From contig OZ244587.1 of assembly GCA_965218095.1 (NCBI GenBank), forward strand, positions 5,376,001 to 5,440,000: a stretch of DNA of 64,000 bases, written 5' to 3'. The translations under genes and the position numbers were made by a program. Numbering within the stretch: the first letter of the stretch is position 1; every line of letters starts with the position of its first letter. The DNA comes from Candidatus Poribacteria bacterium (lineage in GTDB: Bacteria > Poribacteria > WGA-4E > PCPOR2b). The notes beneath the pieces were generated by a model. That model worked only from the letters and a program-made list of their open reading frames with translations. It was not told the DNA's origin and did no database searches. Positions 51,644 to 61,875 of the stretch are shown one piece after another.

Positions 51644-53629
51644 ATGTCCGAAACAACAGAACAATCTGATCTTGGCTCGACACAGGGGAGTGAAAAAGTG
51701 AGATTTGACGAAAAACTCATCAATCTGCTCAAAACCAATCCAGACTTTGTTGATGACACAGATGAATTGCTCCGCGACAGAATCAAACACTTCGCATGGC
51801 AGTTTGACCATGACCTGATCAACCTGTTACTCACTGATAAGGAGATAGAATCAAAGTTTTTTGAGGAGGTCAATGGACGTTGGATTTTCAACAATAATAC
51901 CTTTGTTGACTACATCAATGATAAGAACTTCCTTGACGATTCCTATACTCGATTTCGCAATAAGGTTGGCTTGAACATTGGCGATAAATTCCTCCGCGAA
52001 CGGGAGGAAGTAGCACTTGTTTTTCCTTATAAGGACTGCGTGCTGGAAGGAGGGCAGACGAAGGAGGAAGAAAAACGTCGCGAGATTTTTTTTAATGAAC
52101 TTCTGGCCCAAGACGAAATTAACCGGATGCTCGATCCGAAGGTGCTTACCAACTGGAAACGCCATACTGCTAACGGTGAGGAAGATGTGACCGACATCCG
52201 GCGGGCTGAGAACGGACTAATCCGTGAGAACCTTCTCATCAAGGGGAATAACCTCATTGCACTCCACTGTCTGAAACAGCTATTCCGGGGGCAGGTAAAA
52301 CTGATTTACATTGACCCTCCGTACAATACCGGAAGTGACAGTTTTGGATATAACGACAGCTTTAACCACTCCAGTTGGCTAACGTTTATGAAAAATCGGC
52401 TAGAAGTTGCAAGCCAATTATTAAGAGCTGATGGAGTTATTTTTGTTCAGTGCGACGATAATGAACAAGCGTATCTGAAAGTGTTAATGGATGAGCTTTT
52501 CGGTAATAAACATTTTGTCTCAAATTCTGCTGTCATAGTAAACAGAGGGGGCAGAGACTATGGGGGGATTGCGCGAACCCATGAATACCTGCTTATATAT
52601 TCAAAGGAACCCGGAACAGAACTCAATCAAATGGAAGAAAAAAATAAGAAGTTTGATTATGTAGATGAAATCGGTGGCTTTAACCTAATGGAGTTAAGAA
52701 ATCGCAATATCCGATTCAACGTCGAAAACCGGCCCAATTTGTGTTACCCATTTTATGTTAATCCGACTGATCCAGACGCAGCAGATTTATTGGAAGTATC
52801 CTTGGAACAAAAGGAGGGATTTGTTGAGGTGATGCCATTACAATCGCAAGGGGTGCAAACAGTTTGGAGGTGGGGCAAGGAAAAAGCACGCGCATACTTA
52901 AATACAGAAATCAAAGGAAAAGCGAAACGGGATGGAGGCTATATGATTGTCCAAAAACACAGAAAATCTACCAAACGGCAAAGAAGCATCTGGGATGAGA
53001 AGGAATTTATAAACGAGAGGGGAACTGAACACATAAAAGCACTATTCACTCAAAGGGTCTTTGACTACCCAAAGTCAGAACATCTGATTTCACGGATTAT
53101 CGAACTCGGCAGCGATGTAGGAGACATTGTGCTAGATTTCCACCTAGGCAGCGGCACAACTGCTGCTGCTGCGCATAAGATGGACAGGCAATACATCGGC
53201 ATTGAGCAAATGGATTACGTCGCAAACATTCCCGTTGAAAGGCAGAAAAAGGTGATTGCCGGCGAGCAGGGTGGCATTTCTGAATCTGTCAATTGGCAGG
53301 GTGGTGGTGACTTCATCCATTGCGAACTGATGCCATACAACGGGGCATTCACGGAACGGATCCTGTCAGCACAATCTACCAGAGAACTTTTGGACATCTG
53401 GCGTGAGATGTCCAGAGAATCTTTTCTGAACTGGTATGTCAAACCTGAGAGACCGGAAGGAGCGGAAGCCCACTTCATCGCCATCAACGATGTGGATAAA
53501 CAGAAAACCCTGTTGATGGGGTTGCTTGATAAGAACCAGCTCTATGTCCATCTTTCCGAAATAGACGATGTGGATTTGGGGATCAGCGAGGAAGACAAAG
53601 CACTTAATCGTGAGTTTTATTGTGAGTAA
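51644..53629 (+). CDS. mod: Type III R-M methyltransferase (Mod)
   Basis: IKGNNL, IYIDPPYN, WLTFMKNRL, PKSE, DFHLGSGTT. Confidence 0.95.
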   Translation: MSETTEQSDLGSTQGSEKVRFDEKLINLLKTNPDFVDDTDELLRDRIKHFAWQFDHDLINLLLTDKEIESKFFEEVNGRWIFNNNTFVDYINDKNFLDDSYTRFRNKVGLNIGDKFLREREEVALVFPYKDCVLEGGQTKEEEKRREIFFNELLAQDEINRMLDPKVLTNWKRHTANGEEDVTDIRRAENGLIRENLLIKGNNLIALHCLKQLFRGQVKLIYIDPPYNTGSDSFGYNDSFNHSSWLTFMKNRLEVASQLLRADGVIFVQCDDNEQAYLKVLMDELFGNKHFVSNSAVIVNRGGRDYGGIARTHEYLLIYSKEPGTELNQMEEKNKKFDYVDEIGGFNLMELRNRNIRFNVENRPNLCYPFYVNPTDPDAADLLEVSLEQKEGFVEVMPLQSQGVQTVWRWGKEKARAYLNTEIKGKAKRDGGYMIVQKHRKSTKRQRSIWDEKEFINERGTEHIKALFTQRVFDYPKSEHLISRIIELGSDVGDIVLDFHLGSGTTAAAAHKMDRQYIGIEQMDYVANIPVERQKKVIAGEQGGISESVNWQGGGDFIHCELMPYNGAFTERILSAQSTRELLDIWREMSRESFLNWYVKPERPEGAEAHFIAINDVDKQKTLLMGLLDKNQLYVHLSEIDDVDLGISEEDKALNREFYCE

Positions 53630-53673
53630 ACATCTATCAACTGCCGACTACTAAAATGTTAGGGGAGAATGAG

Positions 53674-54231
53674 ATGAACAAAATGTATTCATTTGAGGAC
53701 AACGTAGACTATGCCGACAAGAATCGAAATCATGAGCGTTGGAATCAAGCATATCGCTTCTTTTTTCCTGAAATGTCTCATATGGAAGAGATTCCTAAGA
53801 AGGATAAACGTCAGAGGGTCGGAATCGACTGGATAGTCTATCTGAAAGATGGAACGCAATATAACATAGATGAAAAGGTGGACTGGAAAGGATACCCTCG
53901 TTTTCCTATAGAAATCTGGCAAGCCTATAACAAACAGTATCTCGGTTGGGCATTGAAAGAAGGTCAGGAGACAGATTATATTGCCTATCTTGTTGATCCC
54001 GATCAAGACTATTATCTGATTCCTTATAAAGAGCTGAAAGATGTTTATCGTAGAAATGAGCAGCAGTGGTTACCCAATGCCAAATATCGTCAAAACGGTT
54101 TTGTCTATGGGAAAACGTGGAATAACACAGTAGATGGTGAACCGTGGAATACTCACAATGTTTGTGTGCCGTTTGATGTTCTAATGGATCATATTCCTGC
54201 TATACAGTTATGGAATCCGAACAAAAATTGA
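53674..54231 (+). CDS. Putative PD-(D/E)xK-fold nuclease
   Basis: GID-x13-DEK, then PIE, GW, TDYIAY pattern. Confidence 0.65.
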   Translation: MNKMYSFEDNVDYADKNRNHERWNQAYRFFFPEMSHMEEIPKKDKRQRVGIDWIVYLKDGTQYNIDEKVDWKGYPRFPIEIWQAYNKQYLGWALKEGQETDYIAYLVDPDQDYYLIPYKELKDVYRRNEQQWLPNAKYRQNGFVYGKTWNNTVDGEPWNTHNVCVPFDVLMDHIPAIQLWNPNKN

Positions 54232-54254
54232 ATAAAATTTACAAGGAGACGCTG

Positions 54255-56906
54255 ATGCGGGATCTATTTAACCATCAACGACCATTTCTTTATCAAGACT
54301 TTGATGATAGTCCGCTTTTTTTTAGAACTTCGGATGTAGAGATCCCTGAGAGTATTACGCGGAATCTGAATCCCACATTTGAGATTCGTGAGTATCAAGA
54401 GGAAGCGTTTGCGAGATTCATTCACTGTTTCAATGAAGATTTCACAGGCAAGGAGAAGCCGTTACATCTGCTGTTTAACATGGCGACTGGCAGCGGTAAA
54501 ACGTTTATCATGGCGGGGCTGATACTCTATCTTTACGAGAGGGGGTATCGGGATTTTCTTTTTTTCGTCAACTCTACCAACATCATTAAAAAGACGGAGG
54601 ACAACTTCCTGAATCCGCTCGCCTCAAAATATCTCTTTAACAGGGAGATCCATATTGGAGGGAGGCGAATCAGATTGACGGAGGTTGAGAGTTTTGAAGG
54701 AGTCAACCATAACGACATCAACATCTGTTTTACCACGATTCAGCAGCTTCATTTGGACATGACGACGGATAGGGAGAATGCGCTCACTCTGGAGGATTTC
54801 GCGGACAAGAAGATCGTCCTCTTATCTGACGAAGCGCATCACATGAATACCAGCACTCAACGGGAACTCTTTGAAAGTTGGGAAAAAACGGTGGAGCGTA
54901 TATTCAAGTCCAACGCAGACAATCTACTATTGGAGTTCACCGCCACACACGACTACGAAAATAGTGCGATGGTCGAGAAGTATCGGAACAAAGTTGTCTA
55001 CCGTTACGATCTGAAAGACTTCCGTAATCATAGGTACTCAAAGGATATTGAGCTCGTGAGGTCGGATTTTGGTCAGGAGGATCGGATGTTACAGGCAATC
55101 ATCCTGAATCACTATAAGCAGCATGTTGCGGCGGAATATGGGATTCAACTGAAACCGGTGATACTGTTCAAGGCGCAGAAGACAATCGCTCAATCACGAG
55201 AGAACAAGGCAGATTTCCACAAGCTGATTGATGAACTTACTGGAAGCCAGATTGACAGGATTAGGGCGTCGGAGGTTGAGGTGGTGCAGCGAGCGTTCCG
55301 CTTTTTTGATGAGAACTGCATCACTTCAGGACAGTTGGCGCAACGTCTGAAATCGGATTTTCAGGAGAGATATTGTCTCTCTGACAACAGCAAGGAGGAG
55401 AAGGAAACCAATCAGATTCTCGTTAATACTCTTGAGGACAGAGACAACCCGATCCGTGCAATCTTTGCGGTGGAGAAACTCAATGAGGGGTGGGATGTCC
55501 TTAATCTCTTTGACATTGTTCGTTGTTATGAAACTCGTGATTCAAGAAACAACAGACCGGGCAAAACGACGATTCGTGAGGCACAGCTTATCGGGCGCGG
55601 GGCACGGTATTTTCCCTTTGTCCTGCCTGAAAGCGATGACGGTCCCAACCGCTCTATAGGCGATGACAAGTTTCGCAGGAAATTCGACAGAGATCTTGAT
55701 CATGACCTCCGTGTGCTGGAAGAACTTCACTATCATAGCATCAACGATTCGAGATACATTACTGAAATCCGCAGTGCACTGGTTAAGCAAGGTATCATCG
55801 ACGAAACGGTAGTGCCTCGAAAACTGAAATTGAAAGATTCATTCACGGAAACGGATCTCTACCAATACGGAGTTGTCTGGTTGAATGAACGTGAACCGAG
55901 AGACTATCAAGATGTCATATCTTTTGCGGATTTGGCAAATCTGAGTGTGAGAGAGCAAAATCATGAACATACTATTCACGGGGCGACCGGGGGCATGACG
56001 ACCGTAATGGAGGATAGGGAAGCTGAGGGCAGGCAGGAGATAGGCAGGCATCCCATACGACTGGTTGAGATTGAACGGAATATCGTTCAATCTGCGATTG
56101 CGCGAAATCCGTTTTTCAAGTTTTCATCACTCAAGCGATATTTTCCTCAGTTGAGAACGATGGACGAGTTTCGGACCTCGGAAAACTACCTCGGTGGGCT
56201 GGCAATCACCTTCAGAGGGGATTTGTCGCAGTTGGAGGAGAACCCTTTGGAAAAGCTCAGGGCGTGTTGTGATTTGTTAGAGCAAGTCGAATCCGAACTG
56301 CGTGAACGAATTACCGATTATAAAGGCACAACCGACTTTCGCAGGAAACAGATTAACGCTATTTTCACTGATAAAACGCTGAACCTCAATGTTGGCAGCT
56401 CTCGCGTTGATGAGGGGTTCGACGAGCGTTTCATAAAAATAAAAGATTGGTTTGCCTTCGATGCGCTCTATGGAACGAGTGAGGAGCGGGAGTTGGTGAA
56501 ACTGCTAGACCGATGGATAAGAAATTCGGGGGAAATCTATGAGGGGATCTATCTGCTCCGTAACGAGAGACATTTTGCGCTCTATAACTTCTCTGACGGA
56601 CGAGCGTTTGAACCCGACTTTGTGCTGTTCTTAGACGCAAAACAGAAGGATGCGCTGACCTACCAACTTTTCATTGAACCGAAAGGTAAGCATCTTCAAC
56701 CCAAAGATCGCTGGAAAGAAAGTTTTTTGAAAGAGATCGATGTTGAGCGGATCGGTGGTGATTACCACAGAAGGCTCATGATAGAGAATAGAAAATACCG
56801 CATCATTGGCATCCCCTTCTTTGACTCGAATCATAAAGCTGAATTCATAGACACCCTCAATACGACGTTGGAAAATGCCTGCAATCGAAGCGCATTGTCC
56901 ATGTGA
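54255..56906 (+). CDS. res: Type III R-M restriction subunit (Res)
   Basis: MATGSGKT, DEAH, EGWD, QLIGRGAR, PDF..IEPK. Confidence 0.95.
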   Translation: MRDLFNHQRPFLYQDFDDSPLFFRTSDVEIPESITRNLNPTFEIREYQEEAFARFIHCFNEDFTGKEKPLHLLFNMATGSGKTFIMAGLILYLYERGYRDFLFFVNSTNIIKKTEDNFLNPLASKYLFNREIHIGGRRIRLTEVESFEGVNHNDINICFTTIQQLHLDMTTDRENALTLEDFADKKIVLLSDEAHHMNTSTQRELFESWEKTVERIFKSNADNLLLEFTATHDYENSAMVEKYRNKVVYRYDLKDFRNHRYSKDIELVRSDFGQEDRMLQAIILNHYKQHVAAEYGIQLKPVILFKAQKTIAQSRENKADFHKLIDELTGSQIDRIRASEVEVVQRAFRFFDENCITSGQLAQRLKSDFQERYCLSDNSKEEKETNQILVNTLEDRDNPIRAIFAVEKLNEGWDVLNLFDIVRCYETRDSRNNRPGKTTIREAQLIGRGARYFPFVLPESDDGPNRSIGDDKFRRKFDRDLDHDLRVLEELHYHSINDSRYITEIRSALVKQGIIDETVVPRKLKLKDSFTETDLYQYGVVWLNEREPRDYQDVISFADLANLSVREQNHEHTIHGATGGMTTVMEDREAEGRQEIGRHPIRLVEIERNIVQSAIARNPFFKFSSLKRYFPQLRTMDEFRTSENYLGGLAITFRGDLSQLEENPLEKLRACCDLLEQVESELRERITDYKGTTDFRRKQINAIFTDKTLNLNVGSSRVDEGFDERFIKIKDWFAFDALYGTSEERELVKLLDRWIRNSGEIYEGIYLLRNERHFALYNFSDGRAFEPDFVLFLDAKQKDALTYQLFIEPKGKHLQPKDRWKESFLKEIDVERIGGDYHRRLMIENRKYRIIGIPFFDSNHKAEFIDTLNTTLENACNRSALSM

Positions 56907-57016
56907 GCGTGGAATCGACGCTGATTATTGAAGCACTGTCGTCTCCGTTGCCTGATAGCCCACAGGCGTAAAACTCCATAACGGTATTGAAAATCAGATC
57001 ACTAAACATAACGCAA

Positions 57017-57044
57017 ACATCCGATAATTATTCTTATCGGACAT
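57017..57044. other. Symmetric dif/lox-like recombination site candidate 2
   Basis: ACATCCGATAA-TTATTC-TTATCGGACAT (11-6-11). Confidence 0.7.
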
Positions 57045-57176
57045 CTTTGCCCGCCTTAACTTTCTTACCTCCGCCTCAATCCCCTCCAAAAAAGAGTTGC
57101 AATCTTCATGGTAAATCTGCCATAATATGGCAAGTCTACCATGAAGTGAGAGGAAGATATAATTTTGAACGAAGCG

Positions 57177-57515
57177 ATGAAAGATGTAACTTGGATTGGG
57201 GATTCTCGCGAGCAAGTCCGACGTTTTCCTAAAGCCGTAAGACGGGCAGTCGGTGAAGCGTTACGTTTTGCCCAGCGCGGTGCGAAACACCCTAAAGCAA
57301 AACCGATGCGGGGCATTGGATTTGGCGTGTGGGAAATTGTCGCACGTTACGATACAGACACATATCGTGCTGTTTACACTGTCAAAATTGGCGAGAAAAT
57401 CTATGTGCTCCATGCGTTTCAAAAGAAATCGACTCGCGGCATCAGAACCCCAAAACAGGAAATTGATTTGATAAAACAGCGACTCACCATCGCGCAACAA
57501 CTGGAGGAAAAATAA
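57177..57515 (+). CDS. HigB/RelE-family (Gp49-like) toxin
   Basis: WIGDS, GVWEI, YRAVY, VLHAFQKKS. Confidence 0.92.
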   Translation: MKDVTWIGDSREQVRRFPKAVRRAVGEALRFAQRGAKHPKAKPMRGIGFGVWEIVARYDTDTYRAVYTVKIGEKIYVLHAFQKKSTRGIRTPKQEIDLIKQRLTIAQQLEEK

Positions 57516-57844
57516 TGAATGAAGATGTTAAAGTCGAGCAGAGCTCCGGGAATGTGTTTAAGGATTTGGGATTTGCTGATGCCGAAGCCGAGCGAGCGTT
57601 GTTGAAGGTAGATTTAGCTCTTGAGATCTACAACATCATTGAAGCGCAAAAACTCACACAGGCAAAAGCAGGGAAAATTCTCGGTGTTGACCCCTCCGAC
57701 ATTTCAAGACTGAAGGCTGGTGATTTTAACCGCTTTAGCGTAGAGCGACTGTTTACACTTCTCAATCGTTTTAACCGTAACATTGAGATTCGGATTACAC
57801 CGGCAGAAGATAGAGGGGGACATCAGCGGGTCGTTGCGGTTTAG
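57515..57844 (+). CDS. HigA-like XRE HTH antitoxin
   Basis: SSGNVFKDLG, LTQAKAG, FSVERL. Confidence 0.92.
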   Translation: MNEDVKVEQSSGNVFKDLGFADAEAERALLKVDLALEIYNIIEAQKLTQAKAGKILGVDPSDISRLKAGDFNRFSVERLFTLLNRFNRNIEIRITPAEDRGGHQRVVAV

Positions 57845-57864
57845 GGTCGTTTATCACACACACA

Positions 57865-58212
57865 TTGAAGGACATTAAGGAGATAGTTAAATATGGGAAT
57901 TTACATGGCTTAGAGCCTGAGCAACTCGCTCGGATTGGTATGTTTTATCTTGAGGAGGCAGTATTAGAAACTTTGCATGAGGCAAGGCATAGCGAGGATG
58001 AGGAGGAGCAGTGGCTTCAGCCCGCAGATATTAGTAAGAGGTTAGGTATTCGTGCTGCTGAGTATATTCGTGCTCCTGATTATCCAGCTATTATGGCTGC
58101 TTTGGATAAACTACTGGGGACGTGGTGTGTTGAGCAGAAACATCCAAATGAAAGCGGTGCCCCTTATCGACTCACGGAGAAGGAGTTTGAACGTCGCTGT
58201 GATGATTTATAA
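57865..58212 (+). CDS. Hypothetical protein (wHTH-like)
   Basis: LEEAVLETL..ADISKRLGI..YRLT. Confidence 0.55.
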   Translation: MKDIKEIVKYGNLHGLEPEQLARIGMFYLEEAVLETLHEARHSEDEEEQWLQPADISKRLGIRAAEYIRAPDYPAIMAALDKLLGTWCVEQKHPNESGAPYRLTEKEFERRCDDL

Positions 58213-58295
58213 AAACCACAAGGCGGGCATACGTCCCCATGCCCCCTTTGTGGCAAAACGTCAAGAGATGGGGATTTGAAAGGAGATTTTTTATT

Positions 58296-58547
58296 ATGGC
58301 AACATCAGTGTTTGCAGGTTATTTGATAAAGGGGATAGATGAGACAAGATGTCCAAAAGAGTATAAATTGAGTAAAGGGGAAGAAGGCAATTCCTATACT
58401 GTATATCTCCGTCTTGAACCTATTGAAACGAATAGTGATGTATATGACGTGCCTCCTGGCATTGATTCAGAGCTTCGGACATTCTGGGGCGAACTTCTCA
58501 AAGAACGTGTCCTCAAAGTGATTAGAGAAAATAAGAATTCTCTATGA
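58296..58547 (+). CDS. Hypothetical protein
   Basis: AAGGAG RBS, 83-aa ORF. Confidence 0.55.
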   Translation: MATSVFAGYLIKGIDETRCPKEYKLSKGEEGNSYTVYLRLEPIETNSDVYDVPPGIDSELRTFWGELLKERVLKVIRENKNSL

Positions 58548-58769
58548 TCAGATGTCAAGTATTGCGAGAGAGAAGATGGTCCGATGCTTGCAGTTCACGG
58601 GACCACTCTTGAAAAAATACGAGCAGACCAAGTAGAGGCAGGGAGAAATAGATGGGGTAGCGTTTTAGAACTTCTTGTGTATTATCCTAATAATGGAATG
58701 CGGGAGGAACTCAATAGAAGGCATGTATTCAGAGAAAATGCAGTGGCAATTAAATTTCAGAAAGATCGT

Positions 58770-59030
58770 CAAACCTAAACACTTAGAAATTATTCGTTGG
58801 GGAGATAATCCTGAATGTCCTTATTGCGAAAGCGGCCATGTTGCGCCAAAGCAAGTATATGGTAAAGTAGGGCGTTGGAATTGTCATAGTTGTAAATCCA
58901 GTTTCAATGTTTTGCAAGGAACACTATTTCAGGGAACGAAGATTCCGCTTCAGAAGTGGTTTATCGCTATTTTTTTGATGGGCGATGCGAAGAAATCATT
59001 GTCCAGTTGCCAACTTGCCCGACACTTAGA
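58770..59030 (+). mobile_element. IS1595-family transposase N-terminal remnant
   Basis: RWGDNPECPYC, CHSC, GTLFQGTKIPLQKW, SSCQLARHL. Confidence 0.85.
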
Positions 59031-59102
59031 CGGGAAATTCGCCTGTAAATTTCTCAAGAAGCAGATAGTTAGTGCATTGATTCATCAGTTATACGTACTG
59101 TC

Positions 59103-59121
59103 AAATGTCAATACGCCCTAG
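59103..59121. mobile_element. Orphan IS5-type terminal repeat
   Basis: AAATGTCAATACGCCCTAG. Confidence 0.6.
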
Positions 59122-59177
59122 CAACTTGGGTTATTTTAAGAAACCGTTTCAAAAGAAGATTAAAGGAGGGAATTGAA

Positions 59178-59435
59178 ATGAATTTAACTGTTGAACTAAC
59201 AACTGATCAAGTTGTTGGTTTTGTCCAACAGATGCCAGCGGAAGAAAGACAGTCACTACTGCTCGCAATTGCAGAGCAGGCAGCAGCCAATCGAGAGGCG
59301 CGTATAGACCGTGCTGAAGCACAGTTGCGGCAATTATGTACGGATCGGGGGTTGGATTGGGATGCCATGACCGAAGCGGAGCGCGAAAATTTTGTTGATG
59401 ACCTCATCCACGAGGATCGTGAATGCAACCAATAG
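59178..59435 (+). CDS. Putative antitoxin
   Basis: Acidic 85 aa, overlaps PIN gene. Confidence 0.75.
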   Translation: MNLTVELTTDQVVGFVQQMPAEERQSLLLAIAEQAAANREARIDRAEAQLRQLCTDRGLDWDAMTEAERENFVDDLIHEDRECNQ

Positions 59436-59830
59436 CCGTTTGCGATACAAACATTCTGTTGTCAGGTATCGGTTGGAGAGGTAGTCCTTATCGTTGTCTT
59501 GAACTGGCATGGCAGGGTAGCGTTGAAGGGTTGACCTGTTCTGAAATACTGGACGAATTGGCAGAGAAATTAACGACTAAACTCAACTTTTCGCTGTCTG
59601 AAACTACCGATGTAATCGCAGATCTCCTTGGTTTCTTGCAGATGGTCAAGATTACCAACACGCTCAAAGCCATCCCCGCCGATTCGGAGGACGACAAAGT
59701 CATTGAATGTGCCGTTGTGGGGGAGGCAACCCATGTTGTGACCGGTGATCGCCGTCATCTGTTGCCACTTGGCAGCTATCAAGGTGTCCTTATTGTCACA
59801 GCGGCAGACTTTCTTGCACAGTTTTCATGA
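59423..59830 (+). CDS. PIN-domain (VapC-like) toxin
   Basis: DTNILLS, DSEDDKVIECA, VTGD.HLL. Confidence 0.92.
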   Translation: MQPIAVCDTNILLSGIGWRGSPYRCLELAWQGSVEGLTCSEILDELAEKLTTKLNFSLSETTDVIADLLGFLQMVKITNTLKAIPADSEDDKVIECAVVGEATHVVTGDRRHLLPLGSYQGVLIVTAADFLAQFS

Positions 59831-59865
59831 AATGAAAAAGATCTACTGAAGATAAAAGTTGAGAA

Positions 59866-60706
59866 CTAGGTTCTGTTGACATTTGAGCATAAGGTTGTGG
59901 CATAATAGAAGAATGACGCCAATAACCTTACCTGATGAACAATGGAATAAGATATACCGGTTTCTTCTAAGCTGTCCCACCATCTATGTTGGCGACGAAG
60001 CTGCTACACGCCGCTTCGTCGAAGCTGTCCTGTGGGTGACTCGTAGCGGCGCTCAATGGAGACTTCTACCAGACCCTATGGCAAATGGAACACCCGCTAC
60101 AAGCGGTTTGCACGGTGGTGCGACAAAGGTATCTTCACACAGATGCACCACCACTTTGCCTCTGACCCCGATATCGAGTCGCTTATTGTGGACAGTACCA
60201 TCTGCCGCGCTCACCCATCTGCGGCGGGCGCCTTAAAAAAAAGGGTGGCACTGAAAACCAAGCATTAGGTCGGTCTCGGGGCGGTTTCAGTACAAAAAAT
60301 CACATCACCGTTGACGGACTAGGCAATCCCCTAAGAATTCATCTGACCCCCGGTCAGAGACATGACATAACTGAGGCGGAAGGGTTGATAATCGGATATA
60401 ACAGTGAATATGTGATTGGAGACAAGGGGTACGATTCGGACGCTTTTATCGCGGTTATTGAGGCGAATGGAGCGATTGCGGTGATACCGCCAAAAAGTCA
60501 TCGTGTTGACCAAAGAACGTATGACAAACGCTTATACAAAGAGAGGCATCTACAAAGAGAGACATCGGGTTGAATGTTTCATCAACAAGATAAAATGGTA
60601 TCGTCGTATCTTCTCTTGGTTTGAGAAGCTAGCTGTCCGTTATTTTGGATTTCTCAGCTTTGTCGCCACTCTTATATGGCTCCCTTGAAATGTCAACAGA
60701 ACCTAG
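59866..60706 (+). mobile_element. IS5-family element, defective (extra frameshift ~60075, 16-bp duplication ~60535-60566)
   Basis: Perfect TIRs GTTCTGTTGACATTT with CTAG on both sides; A8 slippery run. Confidence 0.93.
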
Positions 60707-60885
60707 TACGTACAGTTTACTTTTCCCGCATGGTAGCCTATAAGATTATTGACAACTGTTTAGACCGTGACACGTTGATGCTTTTTACAAAAGACAAAGT
60801 CACCTTTTTCGCTATACTTTCTTTCAGAATTGTGCTAAACTTTTGTTATCTTTCAGGCATGTTCAAACGATTTTAGGAGGCAAAC

Positions 60886-61779
60886 ATGGCAAACTTAGAT
60901 TACAAAATCGGTGTTGTGGGTGTGGGCAGGATGGGAGCAAACATCGCACGCCACTTAAATGATGAAGGATTTCCGGTCGTCGTTGTCTATGACGCTGACG
61001 CAGACCGCGCGAAGTCTCTCGGCGAAGAGATTGGCGCGGAAGCAACGAATCGGCTTGCACGAGTGACGGAGCTCGCGGAGTATATCATCACCGTCGTTAC
61101 CGACGACAACGCGATGCGGCAGATCTTCTTGGAAGATGCCGAAGACAGCCTGCTCAAAGGCGCAAGTGGAACGCTGTTTATCAATTGCGCGACAATCTCG
61201 CCGCAGGTTCATGTGGATGTCGAAAAGCTGGCGGAGAGGCACGGCGCATCGAGTCTTGAGGGCTGTATGGCAAGTAGTATCACCCAAGCCCGCGAAGGTA
61301 CGCTGTATCTGATGTGTGGTGGGAAAGAGGAGGCGTTCAACCGCGCAAAACCGATCCTCGATTCAATGAGCATCTCTCTCCGTTACATCGGTGAGGCAGG
61401 ACGGGCTGCCCAGGTCAAAGCCCTTGTGAATATGGTCATGAATATCAACACCGCGGGCCTGGCAGAAGGACTAGGGCTTGGAGCTGCGCTTGGTTTGGAT
61501 TTGACAATACTGCAAGAGGTCTTCGCCCAGACCGGGGCAAACTCCCGTGTCCTAGAAACAGATGGCGAAGATATGCAGAATCGCGACCACGAGTGCTACT
61601 TCTCTTCGGCGCACGCATCGAAGGACTCGGGAATTGCGCTTGACCTTGCTAAAGCCGCCGGATTGAACCTGCCGCTCGCCGAGGCGACCAAAAAGCAGTA
61701 TGACAAAATGATCGAGCTTGGCAAAGGGGAATTGGATAAATCTGGCGTTGCTGAACTCACTTTCCCCGGTAGAGGGTAA
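60886..61779 (+). CDS. NAD(P)-dependent beta-hydroxyacid dehydrogenase family protein
   Basis: GVGRMG, VKALVN, KD.GIA. Confidence 0.9.
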   Translation: MANLDYKIGVVGVGRMGANIARHLNDEGFPVVVVYDADADRAKSLGEEIGAEATNRLARVTELAEYIITVVTDDNAMRQIFLEDAEDSLLKGASGTLFINCATISPQVHVDVEKLAERHGASSLEGCMASSITQAREGTLYLMCGGKEEAFNRAKPILDSMSISLRYIGEAGRAAQVKALVNMVMNINTAGLAEGLGLGAALGLDLTILQEVFAQTGANSRVLETDGEDMQNRDHECYFSSAHASKDSGIALDLAKAAGLNLPLAEATKKQYDKMIELGKGELDKSGVAELTFPGRG

Positions 61780-61808
61780 CCCGAGTTGCTACCTTGATAA
61801 GTGTGAAA

Positions 61809-61833
61809 GGGCAGGCACAAGGCCTGCCCCTAC
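61809..61833. repeat. REP-like palindrome
   Basis: GGGCAGGCACAAGGCCTGCCCCTAC. Confidence 0.7.
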
Positions 61834-61875
61834 GGTTGCTAGGGTAAAAACTAGTTCGATGTTAGCCGCACGACT

